From Chthoniobacteraceae bacterium (GTDB lineage: Bacteria; Verrucomicrobiota; Verrucomicrobiia; Chthoniobacterales; Chthoniobacteraceae), in assembly GCA_049692655.1 (NCBI GenBank), contig JBAVPB010000013.1, positions 1-29,585 on the forward strand: DNA of 29,585 nt. The letters run 5' to 3'. Every line of letters begins with the position of its first letter. Position 1 is the stretch's first letter. Shown here piece by piece: positions 1-8,556 of this stretch. The position numbers were made by a program, and so were the translations under genes. The notes beneath the pieces were generated by a model. The model had not been told where the DNA came from and did not search any database. It saw only the letters and a program-made list of their open reading frames with translations.

Positions 1-9
1 CCCATGGAG

Positions 10-31
10 GGACATGCTCTGTCATGTCCCA
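10..31 (-). terminator. Hairpin element (34-bp dispersed repeat) downstream of the acyltransferase gene; candidate terminator/REP-like
   Basis: GGGACATG-ctctgt-CATGTCCC, an 8-bp stem with a 6-nt loop. The extended 34-bp unit TGGAGGGACATGCTCTGTCATGTCCCAGTCCCAA recurs, reverse-complemented, at 18476-18509. Confidence 0.45.
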
Positions 32-117
32 GTCCCAAAAACTCTTCACTTAACCCCAGCCGTCAGCTTTCCACGAACCCTCTTTTCGGAAATTTCTTTC
101 CGCAGATGCTCTGGATT

Positions 118-1344
118 TCACAGCGACGCCAGACGCCGCGCAAAATCCGAGGCGATCGTCACCGCCTGCTCTTTTGTAAAAACGGCATCGCGGTGCGTGA
201 CACACAGCGAAAGCCGGTCGCGAATGGTGCTGAGCGTGAACACGGCGGGAATCAGCGGCCCTGTGGGCGAGACCCGGATGTAATCCACGATGCGCCCGTC
301 CCGGCCGATCCATGTGTCCGTGAGATTCACGTTTGAAATACCACCGAGGAACGGCACCGCACGGTGCATCATCAGCGCCTTTTGCCACGGATTTTTCAGA
401 TGGTCCCAAAACATCAGGCTCGTCTTGAATCCCTGGAAAAAGCGAAGCGCTTTCCGGTCGGCTTTCATGGACTTCGTGCAGGCGGCGATCTGGCGTGTGA
501 GGTCCGGCATCGAAATTTTCTCCGGGCTCTTCACCACCACGCTGAAATAACTGATGAGACATCCGAACTGGTCCTCCAGCGATTCATTGGCGAGCGGACG
601 GAGATCGACGGCCGTGGTGAATGCCACATCATCGCGCCCCGGGCGGAAAAGCCGGCTCGGTTTTGATGATCGCGCCGCCGAGGTGTAGTCCCCCATCGTT
701 TGCAGGAGCGCGGCGAGAAAAACGTCGTTCACCGTGGCGTCCATTGTCTTCGCAAATTGATAAATGTGGCCGATCAATCCATCCGCCAGTCGCATGTGTT
801 GAAACCCCGAGGAGAGATTGAGCGGATCGTGGATGGGAATCCGATAGGCGTGACTGTGCCGCAGATAAGTTTGGACGCTCTCCACCACAGCCGCAGGCCA
901 GGACGCCCTTCCAAAAAGAGAATCAAACGGCTTCTGGCAGACGCTCAGCGGCGGCAATTTCGAAGCAACCCCGGGCGCTTCGTAATTTTCAAAAGCCCGG
1001 CGCGTCAGGAACCGGAAGGACGGGCTGTCGGCGATCCAATGATCGAACGTAACGCCGAAATAATGACTCCCGCTTTCCCCATCGATCAGAAAAAAACGCA
1101 GCGGCACATCTTCCGGCGCAAACGGCTTGTTCAATTCCGCGGTGATCCCGGCGATGAGTTCCGGATACGTCGTTGCTATGCTGTCCGGGGGCGGAAACCC
1201 AAGCTCGATCATCGGCTGGACAATGGCATCGCGCCACCGGGCGGCATCCGCGCTGCCGGGCAATTGAATGAGATCGATCGCATTGTATGGACCGAGGGTC
1301 GTCCATCGTTGCATCAAGGTCTGAAAATCATTCGTGGGCTGCAT
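118..1344 (-). CDS. Condensation-domain-like (CoA-dependent) acyltransferase, putative
   Basis: 408-409 aa ORF. It has an HxxxD-type motif (FDHWIADSPS) resembling the HHxxxDG active site of condensation / WS-DGAT / PapA-type acyltransferases. The ATG at 1344 overlaps the lpxB stop (TGATG), suggesting translational coupling. The track's extra N-terminal M comes from a GTG at 1347. Confidence 0.55.
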   Translation of the reverse strand: MQPTNDFQTLMQRWTTLGPYNAIDLIQLPGSADAARWRDAIVQPMIELGFPPPDSIATTYPELIAGITAELNKPFAPEDVPLRFFLIDGESGSHYFGVTFDHWIADSPSFRFLTRRAFENYEAPGVASKLPPLSVCQKPFDSLFGRASWPAAVVESVQTYLRHSHAYRIPIHDPLNLSSGFQHMRLADGLIGHIYQFAKTMDATVNDVFLAALLQTMGDYTSAARSSKPSRLFRPGRDDVAFTTAVDLRPLANESLEDQFGCLISYFSVVVKSPEKISMPDLTRQIAACTKSMKADRKALRFFQGFKTSLMFWDHLKNPWQKALMMHRAVPFLGGISNVNLTDTWIGRDGRIVDYIRVSPTGPLIPAVFTLSTIRDRLSLCVTHRDAVFTKEQAVTIASDFARRLASL

Positions 1345-2528
1345 CACGGTTTTTTGGCCCGTTCCGCCAGCATTTCCTCGAGGATCTCCGCGGTGCGCGC
1401 GGTTGCGGTATGCGGCAGTTTTGCACCCAGTTTTTCACGGATCTCCGCGTAATCTTCCGCCAGGCGCGTGCGCTTTGCGTCGTCGCCGAGAAGTGTCCGC
1501 ACTTCCTCCGCGATAGCGGCAGGCTTGCATTGCGGCCCGAGCAATTCCCGGATCGCCATGCGCTGGAGGATCACATTCGGCATGGCGATGAAGGGGATGT
1601 TCTTTTTCCACATCCATAAAAACAGCCACTCGATCCTTCCCACCCAGGGAAAATCATAGACCATCACTTGCGGCGCTCCGATCACCGCAGCCTCCAGGGT
1701 CGCCGTGCCGCTTTTTACAATGGCCGCATCACTGGCAAAGAGAACATCCGCCGCACGATCGCTTACGATCTTCACCCACTCGGGAAAATAGCTCCTCACG
1801 TTTTCCACGCGATTGTGCGAGGCGGCGACTATGAAGTGCATGCCCCCGTTTTTGCGCAAAATCTCCGCGGTTTCCGCAAGGCGCGGGCTGAGACAGGTGA
1901 TCTCCGCCATGCGCGACCCGGGCAGGAGCGCGACGAGTTTCTCCCCCGCGCCGATTCCAAACTCACGCCGCAGCGCCTCGCGCTTTTCCTCATCGTAACG
2001 GATTTCCAGCATCGGGTGGCCGACCCATTCCGCGTTGCTTCCGGCGGCGATCAGGCGTTGTGCTGACCACTCGAACGGCGTGGCAATGCGGGCCGCAACC
2101 TGTGCGATCCCCAAGCCTCCGCGACCGCGGCGGCGCCACGAACCGGGCGGAAAATAGAACAATCCCGGCACACCCGCATTTTTCAGGAATTCCAGCGCGG
2201 GACAATTGAACGCCCCCCAGTCGCATAAAACCGCCGCGTCGATTTTGTTTTCGCGCACAAATGCCTTGAGCGAGTACCAGAGTTTTCTGGCCCGTGGATA
2301 CATACGGATCGACGAATAAATCCCCACACCGCTGAGATCGGTCGTATCTCCGATCCACTTCCCGCCGGGCGATTTTTCAGCTTCACCTCCAAGATGCTCT
2401 CCCCCGACCGCATAAAGCGTCCAATCCGGATGCCGCTCGCGCAAGGTTTTCGCGAGCCGGGCGGTATTGATGTCGCCGGAAACGTCGCCTGCCAGCAAAA
2501 GAATGGAAGTTTTTGGAGTCGTCGTCAC
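1344..2528 (-). CDS. lpxB: Lipid-A-disaccharide synthase (glycosyltransferase family 19)
   Basis: 394 aa. N-terminus ILLLAGDVSGD matches the LpxB AGExSGD motif. LLPGSR...E and SDAAIVKSGTATLEAA blocks match E. coli LpxB. The start is a GTG at 2528. Confidence 0.88.
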   Translation of the reverse strand: MTTTPKTSILLLAGDVSGDINTARLAKTLRERHPDWTLYAVGGEHLGGEAEKSPGGKWIGDTTDLSGVGIYSSIRMYPRARKLWYSLKAFVRENKIDAAVLCDWGAFNCPALEFLKNAGVPGLFYFPPGSWRRRGRGGLGIAQVAARIATPFEWSAQRLIAAGSNAEWVGHPMLEIRYDEEKREALRREFGIGAGEKLVALLPGSRMAEITCLSPRLAETAEILRKNGGMHFIVAASHNRVENVRSYFPEWVKIVSDRAADVLFASDAAIVKSGTATLEAAVIGAPQVMVYDFPWVGRIEWLFLWMWKKNIPFIAMPNVILQRMAIRELLGPQCKPAAIAEEVRTLLGDDAKRTRLAEDYAEIREKLGAKLPHTATARTAEILEEMLAERAKKP

Positions 2529-2684
2529 AATAGGAAAAGTTTCTCGGGTGCTTTGGTCGGATTCAGTCAGATAAGTTCAACGCTTGTCCGTTGCAGTCTT
2601 TGCCATCGTCGAATGCCTTGCAACCTGCATTTTTCCCCTGCCACACCTTGCCTTGACACGCCTCGCTCTTCTTCAAGACAATCC

Positions 2685-2723
2685 GGGCTAATCAACCGTT
2701 GCCAACCCTTGCCAACCGTCAGC
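2685..2723 (-). repeat. Dispersed intergenic repeat, copy A (inverted relative to copies B and C)
   Basis: The reverse complement reads GCTGACGGTTGGCAAGGGTTGGCAACGGTTGATTAGCCC. It is near-identical to 11708..11752 and shares a 30-bp core with 23998..24027. It sits in the divergent lpxB/MBOAT promoter region. Confidence 0.7.
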
Positions 2724-2747
2724 TTTCCCACATCGTTACATCAGTAA

Positions 2748-4151
2748 ATGCTTTTTCAATCGTTCGGTTTTTTCGTTTTTTTCTGGATCGCATTTGCCGT
2801 CTATTGGAAGTTGCGCGCCCACGATCACCGCATGGGCTGGCTGCTCGCGGCGAGCATCCTTTTCTACGCACTTTGGAATCCATGGCTGATCACGCTCATC
2901 ATCTTCACAGCCGGCCTCGATTACATTTGCGCGCTGCGGATCGAGTCGGCGGCAAATGACCGCTCAAAACGCGCATGGCTGCTCCTGAGCCTTGTCGCGA
3001 GCCTGTCGCTGCTTTGCTTTTTTAAATACGCGCAGTTTTTCGTAGAGTCCGCCTTCGGCCTCCTCGGGATATTCGGCCTCCACGCCTCCCCTCCCATGTG
3101 GCACATGGTCCTCCCGCTCGGCATTTCCTTCTACACGTTCGAGACAATCAGTTACGTCGTCGATGTCTATCGCGGCCGGCTGAAGGCCGAGCGGAATGTG
3201 CTCCACTACGCGCTCTACATCATGTTTTTCCCGCACCTCATCGCGGGCCCCATCGTCCGGCCGGAACAATTCCTGCCGCAAATCCGTCGCCCGAAACACT
3301 TCGACTGGCTGCGGCTGCAGCTCGGCGCGCAACTTTTCATGCGCGGTCTTTTTAAAAAGACCGTGCTTTCCGACCGGCTTGCCTCCATGGCGGACCCCAT
3401 CTTCCATGCCCCTGGCGATTTCTCCACGGCGACCCTGTGGCTGGCAGCCATCGGCTACGCCGGGCAAATCTATTGCGACTTCTCCGGCTATACCGACATG
3501 GCGATCGGCGCGGCCCACGCCTTCGGCTTCAAGCTCCCGCAGAATTTCAACCGCCCGTACCTCGCCGACAGCGTCGGTGAATTCTGGCGGCGCTGGCACA
3601 TCACGCTATCCACATGGCTGCGCGATTATTTGTACATCCCCAGCGGGGGAAGCCGCGGCGGAACCTGGCGCACCTATCGCAATCTCATCCTCACCATGGG
3701 CATCGCCGGGTTGTGGCATGGGCCGGGCTGGAATTTCATCATCTTCGGCCTCATGCATGGCGTCGCGATGGCCATCGAGCGCATGCTGCCACAATGGGAA
3801 TGGGCCCGCCTCGCCCCGGTGCGCGTCGTGCGGATCGTGGCGACCTTTTTGTTCTGGTCGATCAGCCTGGTGTTTTTCCGCGCCAAAACCCTGGCCGCCG
3901 CGCTCACCACGCTCACCCGCATGTTCCACCCCGCAGTGGGGCAGAGCCCGGCACAGGGCGTCATCGCCATGGCGCTCGTCATCCTCGGCTGCGTCTTCCT
4001 CGGGCAGATCGTTGGTGGGCTCACCCTATGGCGGCGCATCGAGACGCGCGTGCCGGCACCCATCATCGGCTTCGCCCTCTGCTGCCTTTTTCTTTTGATC
4101 CAGTTGCTAAACCCGGAATATGACAGCCCGTTCATTTACTTCCAATTCTGA
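2748..4151 (+). CDS. MBOAT-family membrane-bound O-acyltransferase (AlgI/PatA/DltB-like)
   Basis: 467 aa polytopic membrane protein. It carries the MBOAT hallmark blocks GPIVRPEQFLPQ and WRRWHITLSTWLRDYLYIPSGGSR, with the conserved His in HGPGWNF. Confidence 0.88.
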   Translation: MLFQSFGFFVFFWIAFAVYWKLRAHDHRMGWLLAASILFYALWNPWLITLIIFTAGLDYICALRIESAANDRSKRAWLLLSLVASLSLLCFFKYAQFFVESAFGLLGIFGLHASPPMWHMVLPLGISFYTFETISYVVDVYRGRLKAERNVLHYALYIMFFPHLIAGPIVRPEQFLPQIRRPKHFDWLRLQLGAQLFMRGLFKKTVLSDRLASMADPIFHAPGDFSTATLWLAAIGYAGQIYCDFSGYTDMAIGAAHAFGFKLPQNFNRPYLADSVGEFWRRWHITLSTWLRDYLYIPSGGSRGGTWRTYRNLILTMGIAGLWHGPGWNFIIFGLMHGVAMAIERMLPQWEWARLAPVRVVRIVATFLFWSISLVFFRAKTLAAALTTLTRMFHPAVGQSPAQGVIAMALVILGCVFLGQIVGGLTLWRRIETRVPAPIIGFALCCLFLLIQLLNPEYDSPFIYFQF

Positions 4152-4191
4152 ACCGCCACGCCACCGCTCACACCGGCGCGCCAGGGTAGCC

Positions 4192-5211
4192 ATGCTCTGG
4201 TTCGGAGCGGCGTTGCTTCTTTCGCCGGTCCCCGGCGCCTTGCTCGTGGACCACTGCCCGCTTCGCTTCCGTTTTCCCGAGGCCGCCGCGCTGCAGGAGG
4301 CGTGGAACAAAACCGACCCGCGGTCGAGCATCCTGTTCCTCGGCAGTTCGCGCATGGAATCCTTCATGCAAAGCAGCGCGTTCACTGCCGATGCGCAACA
4401 GGCCACGGGCGACCACTCCCTCATCGCGTTCAATGCCTCCGTCCCCGCTGCCGATCCCGTGACCTCCGACTTTATCACTTCCAGACTGCTTGCGGATGGC
4501 CGGGTGCCTCAGCTCGCCATCGTGGAAATCAGCCCCGATTTCCTGGCGCGCAAAAATCCGTTTTTCTCCGTCACCATCAAGCGTCAATTCACTGCCGGTG
4601 ACCTGCCGCGCTACCTGCGCGACATCTTTTATTCCGGCCCGAAAGACGTCTCCAGCCTTGCCTCCTCTGTGCTCACGCCTTTTTACCGCCATCGCACGAT
4701 CCTGCTCGACTGGTTCCTGTCCCATTTCACTTCGGCACCAGTGACTGCGCCGGGCATCGTCACCGTTCCGGCGGAAATCGCGCCTCCTTCAGCAACGTCT
4801 TCGACACCCTCCCCTGCGGAGATCGCAAAGAATACCGCGTGGGAAGAGGCGCTAAAGAACGCCGCACAAATCTACGCGCACTCCTTGCGTGATTATAAGC
4901 TCGAAGGCGCCACCTCCGCCGCGCTGGAACACACTGTCGCCATGCTCCATGCACACGGTTGCAAAGTCGTGCTCGTGGAACTCCCGCTCACCGCCCCTTT
5001 CCGCGCAATGCAACCCCCGCAAATCGAGGCTCAATTTCCTCCTTACCTCCGGCATTTGCAGGAGAAATACGGCTGTTCCTATGTGAATCTGTGGGACCGC
5101 GTTCCCGACACCCATTTCATGGACGGCCACCACGGCGACATGGAAGGGAGCCGCGAGTTCAGCGAAATACTCGCGCGGGAAGTCGTTGCACCGGTTTGGG
5201 TAAAGCAGTGA
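4192..5211 (+). CDS. SGNH-like periplasmic partner of the MBOAT (AlgJ/AlgX/PatB-like O-acetyltransferase), putative
   Basis: The ORF track starts at 4120, but a signal-peptide-like MLWFGAALLLSPVPGALL begins at the ATG at 4192. An SGNH block-I-like LFLGSSRMESF and a block-V-like DGHHGD are present. It lies immediately downstream of the MBOAT gene, in the same orientation. Confidence 0.55.
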   Translation: MLWFGAALLLSPVPGALLVDHCPLRFRFPEAAALQEAWNKTDPRSSILFLGSSRMESFMQSSAFTADAQQATGDHSLIAFNASVPAADPVTSDFITSRLLADGRVPQLAIVEISPDFLARKNPFFSVTIKRQFTAGDLPRYLRDIFYSGPKDVSSLASSVLTPFYRHRTILLDWFLSHFTSAPVTAPGIVTVPAEIAPPSATSSTPSPAEIAKNTAWEEALKNAAQIYAHSLRDYKLEGATSAALEHTVAMLHAHGCKVVLVELPLTAPFRAMQPPQIEAQFPPYLRHLQEKYGCSYVNLWDRVPDTHFMDGHHGDMEGSREFSEILAREVVAPVWVKQ

Positions 5212-5246
5212 AAATTCCCGGCCGTTTTTGAACGGTGAAGCTTTCC

Positions 5247-5867
5247 CTACCCCCGGTTGTCCTGCAGCCCATCCGCAGTCGCCGGTTGCTTCCCACGGGA
5301 AGCGGAAGAGCCTTCGTTTTCCACGAATGCGCCTGCAAAATCCATTACGCACATGGTGCCATAGCGGGCATGCGGGCCACAAGCCACGCCTGCCACGCCG
5401 AAATCCCGGCAGAAGATATTCCGGCGATGCCCGCGGTTTCTCACGTTTGCATCCACGATCAGGCTCACCACGATCTGCCTCGGGCTTACCATGCCGTAGG
5501 AGATATTCTCGCCAGCCGTCCCGAGCCATTTGCCAAAGCGTTTCATGCGATCCCATGGAGAGCTGTGATCATCCCCATAGTGACCCGTCGCACCTGTCCC
5601 GCCCTGGCCGAGCACCTGCGCCATAGCGCCCATCGCCAGCCCGTTTGAAAACGTCAGCGGCGGCAGCGGCTTTGTGTGGTTCAAAAAATTAATGGCCTCA
5701 CCGTAAGAGGACCCGCCTCCTTGTGATGCAATGATCTGCGCGTATTCCTGGGGGTGCATGCGCGCCATGTTCACCTCCCGCAGCACCGCCTCAGCCTGCC
5801 CATCCGCACGGCACACCCCACCCGCGCAGAGCACGAGGAGAAATAGCAGCGTAAGGAACGTTTTCAC
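5247..5867 (-). CDS. Secreted CAP/SCP/PR-1-like (YkwD-type) domain protein
   Basis: 206 aa. N-terminal signal peptide MKTFLTLLFLLVLCAGG (GTG start). CAP-like motifs include GHYGDDHSS and a C-terminal GxxACGxH-like region. Confidence 0.65.
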   Translation of the reverse strand: MKTFLTLLFLLVLCAGGVCRADGQAEAVLREVNMARMHPQEYAQIIASQGGGSSYGEAINFLNHTKPLPPLTFSNGLAMGAMAQVLGQGGTGATGHYGDDHSSPWDRMKRFGKWLGTAGENISYGMVSPRQIVVSLIVDANVRNRGHRRNIFCRDFGVAGVACGPHARYGTMCVMDFAGAFVENEGSSASRGKQPATADGLQDNRG

Positions 5868-5959
5868 GCGTGCTATAAAGCAGTTCCGATGCCATCCCGA
5901 AAAGGATAAAACTTACTTCCGGCAATTTAGGGAAAATTACGCGGATTTTCCCGCCCCCA

Positions 5960-6340
5960 TCACCCTGTAGGCTGGAGATTTGCCTCAATGCAATCGATCA
6001 CCTCATCCACATCAACAGGCTTGGCGATGAACGGAAATTCGCCCAGCTTTTCGTGGGCCATCGACCTCTCCCTGGGCACGATCCCCGTCACAAAAATGAT
6101 CGGCGTCCCGTGCAATTGCGGGTGCGAGCGGATGCTCGACGCAATGGTGGTGCCGTCGATATGCGGCATCACGATATCCATCAGGACCAGGTCGGGTTTC
6201 AATTCCATGGTGGTCTTCAGCGCCCTGGTGCCATCGTTTTCCACCGACACTACATACCTGCCGGTCCGCTCCAAAAGCTTCTTCAACAGAGCCGCTGCAT
6301 TCACCTCATCATCCACAATCAGGATTTTTCGCTGCTCCAT
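5960..6340 (-). CDS. Stand-alone response regulator receiver domain (CheY-like)
   Basis: 126 aa. ILIVDDE acidic pocket, phospho-acceptor Asp in LVLMDIVMP, conserved T (IIFVTG) and K (IAKP). No output domain. Confidence 0.85.
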   Translation of the reverse strand: MEQRKILIVDDEVNAAALLKKLLERTGRYVVSVENDGTRALKTTMELKPDLVLMDIVMPHIDGTTIASSIRSHPQLHGTPIIFVTGIVPRERSMAHEKLGEFPFIAKPVDVDEVIDCIEANLQPTG

Positions 6341-6463
6341 ATTTTAGTGATCGTGTTGAAAACAAAATCCGGTCGTAGCAATCGTCAGCCGCGCCTTCCT
6401 GGATGCCTGGGATCGCCGTTACTTTATTGACAGTTTCGCGGCAATTCGTTTCACTGTTATACA

Positions 6464-7219
6464 GTGTCACCGCTCCAAGCAACCCATCCGGTTAAAAAAG
6501 GCGTCGGCTCATTTGGCAAAACCATTTCCGCCACTGACCTCAGCCGGTTGAATCTCCGCTGGTATTACAACTGGACCCCGTTCCCCAAGAAAACCTCCGT
6601 GCTCGACCTGGAGTTTGTCCCCATGTTCTGGTGGGGAGGCGACGTGAACCCGAAAAACCTCGCAGCCGTGTACAACAGCGGCGCAGACAACCTGCTCGGC
6701 TTCAACGAGCCCGACCTCGGCGGCCAGTCAAACATGACGGTCGATGATTGCATCGCCCTCTGGCCCCAGCTCATGGAACTCCCGCAGCGGCTGGGAAGCC
6801 CCGCCCCGGCCAGCCCACCGTGGCTCGAACGGTTCATGGCCGAGGCAAATAAGCGCGACCTCCGGATCGACTTCATCTGCCTCCACAGCTATCCCGATTT
6901 CACAGATCCCCAGGCGATCGAGAATCTCGAGATCATGCTCAGGGGCGTCCACGAAAAATACAAACTCCCCATCTGGATCACGGAATGCGGCACCGCCGAC
7001 GTGAAGGCCTGGTATCTGCCGCAAATCGGCCAGCCCACCGCCGAAAAAGCGCAGCTCTTCCTGAAACGCTATGTCAACCTCATGGCCCGGCTCCCGTTTG
7101 TGGAACGCTATGCATGGTTCGCCGACCAGGTGGACAAGGAATACGCCCACGGCTCCCTCTTCGAGATGGAGAGCAACACGCTGACACCGATGGGCGCAAT
7201 CTACCGCGACGCTCCCTAG
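6464..7219 (+). CDS. Glycoside hydrolase, GH-A clan, glycosyl-hydrolase-catalytic-core type
   Basis: 251 aa. A GFNEPD (acid/base NEP) motif and a WITECG (nucleophile Glu) motif are spaced as in (beta/alpha)8 GH-A enzymes. GTG start; the true start is uncertain. Confidence 0.6.
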   Translation: MSPLQATHPVKKGVGSFGKTISATDLSRLNLRWYYNWTPFPKKTSVLDLEFVPMFWWGGDVNPKNLAAVYNSGADNLLGFNEPDLGGQSNMTVDDCIALWPQLMELPQRLGSPAPASPPWLERFMAEANKRDLRIDFICLHSYPDFTDPQAIENLEIMLRGVHEKYKLPIWITECGTADVKAWYLPQIGQPTAEKAQLFLKRYVNLMARLPFVERYAWFADQVDKEYAHGSLFEMESNTLTPMGAIYRDAP

Positions 7220-7422
7220 AGAGTGTTCTCAGCCCCAACGGGGTGTAATGTGATAGCCTGGGGTGAAGCCCCAGGAATAACGTTCCTGAAATTCTTCCAG
7301 CCCTGTAAGGGCGACACAATCCTCCCTTGAAATAGCACAATACCAACACGCAGCAATCGCTCATCGGAGGATTACTACCCGCAATTTTTCCATCACCGGA
7401 ATTCTGGCCAACCCTGTGCGTG

Positions 7423-7581
7423 GTGAACGATGAAGACTATTCCACGGCCATGAATCTTCTCCGCGATTTCAAGGACCCAGGAAAAGAAGTGACGCCCGAA
7501 TGGACCTGCACACAATGCAAAGAAACGGTCCCCGGCCATTTCGCAGTCTGTTGGAACTGCGGCAACGCACTGAATCAATAA
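7423..7581 (+). CDS. Small zinc-ribbon protein (CxxC...CxxC), putative
   Basis: ORF of about 43-53 aa, not in the track because it is under 60 aa. It ends ...EWTCTQCKETVPGHFAVCWNCGNALNQ* with two CxxC pairs. Alternative starts are GTG 7420/7423 or ATG 7450. Confidence 0.3.
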   Translation: MNDEDYSTAMNLLRDFKDPGKEVTPEWTCTQCKETVPGHFAVCWNCGNALNQ

Positions 7582-7688
7582 TGCCGGTTTGTAGCGGATT
7601 ACACCCGATTCCCGTTTGACGCCGCCCGCCGTGGCGCGATAACCTTTTTGCGTTCGACTCCTCCAATTCATCCCCCGGCCAACCCATC

Positions 7689-8504
7689 ATGTTGAGTATT
7701 TTCGCTCTGTTGCACGCCCTGAAATACGCCGACTTCAGCGGAATTATTGGAATCATACTCGCGTGCGTTTTATTTACGGTCACCTATTCCAAGCTCAAGA
7801 CCGCCCGTTTGGCATTGCGGTTTCAATGGCTTTTGCTTTTTGCCGTTCTATCAATTCCAACGATTTTGTATGTGGCTTATTACTCTCACAAGCTGCCCGA
7901 AACGGAGGCATTCTATGAATTCCGCTCGTGGCGCGGCACGGAGCTTCTCGTTGCATTCACAGGCGGGCTTGCCGGGGTTGTCACAACATTTTTGCACAGG
8001 ACTCTTCTCCCGATTCCACTGGCTTGCCTGGTGGTTGTGGCGTTGATCCCGTTTGCCAAGCCCCTCTTCGGACCGATTCCGGATTCTGATTTCCAGGACC
8101 GATGGAATGGTCCGGTATGCCTGCAAAGCACCGCCTCGACATGTGGCCCGGCGAGTCTCGCAACAATCATGACTCGCCTTGGAATCAAGGTGACGGAACT
8201 GGAAATCGCGCGGGCCGCTTACAGCTACGAGGGAGGTACCGAGGCCTGGTATCTGGCCCGTTATGCGCGAAAACGGGGTCTGAAGGCAGAATTCATTATC
8301 CGAAAAGGCTTTTCACCGGATATTTCCCTGCCGGCAATTGCAGGAGTCGGTCTCGGTTCGGTGGGACATTTCATTCCCATCCTCGCTAGGGAGGGGGACT
8401 TCTATATCACCGGCGATCCAGGCCACGGGGAGTCCCGGTTGACGCGCGAGCAGTTGTTGAAAATATACCGTTTTACAGGCTTCTACATGCCGGTGTCGAA
8501 GTAG
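7689..8504 (+). CDS. Membrane-anchored papain-like cysteine peptidase, C39-like domain
   Basis: 271 aa. About four N-terminal TM helices, then QSTASTCGPASLATIM (C39 Q...CG.A.LA.I catalytic-Cys motif), followed by VGHFIPIL (His) and GDFYITGDP (Asp). There is no ABC-transporter fusion. Confidence 0.7.
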   Translation: MLSIFALLHALKYADFSGIIGIILACVLFTVTYSKLKTARLALRFQWLLLFAVLSIPTILYVAYYSHKLPETEAFYEFRSWRGTELLVAFTGGLAGVVTTFLHRTLLPIPLACLVVVALIPFAKPLFGPIPDSDFQDRWNGPVCLQSTASTCGPASLATIMTRLGIKVTELEIARAAYSYEGGTEAWYLARYARKRGLKAEFIIRKGFSPDISLPAIAGVGLGSVGHFIPILAREGDFYITGDPGHGESRLTREQLLKIYRFTGFYMPVSK

Positions 8505-8556
8505 GTATCCGGCTTGTGAGCAGAAGACTTCCATCACCAAATCGGCGCAATTTACA

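Noticed and set aside
4-336. Track ORF MEGHALSCPSPKNSS... (and its twin 18317..18511, MEGHALSCPSPNDHNN...)
   Set aside because: Both begin inside the two copies of the 34-bp hairpin repeat. The shared N-terminus is a translated repeat, not a gene, and the rest overlaps a real gene on the opposite strand.
3196-4098. 300-aa plus-strand ORF in an alternate frame within the MBOAT gene (Ser/Pro/Arg-rich)
   Set aside because: Alternate-frame artefact. The MBOAT frame carries all of the family hallmark motifs.
6427-6463. TTGACA hexamer upstream of the glycoside hydrolase gene as its promoter
   Set aside because: No convincing -10 element sits at 16-18 bp spacing, and the gene start itself (GTG at 6464) is uncertain. 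Too weak to report as a feature.
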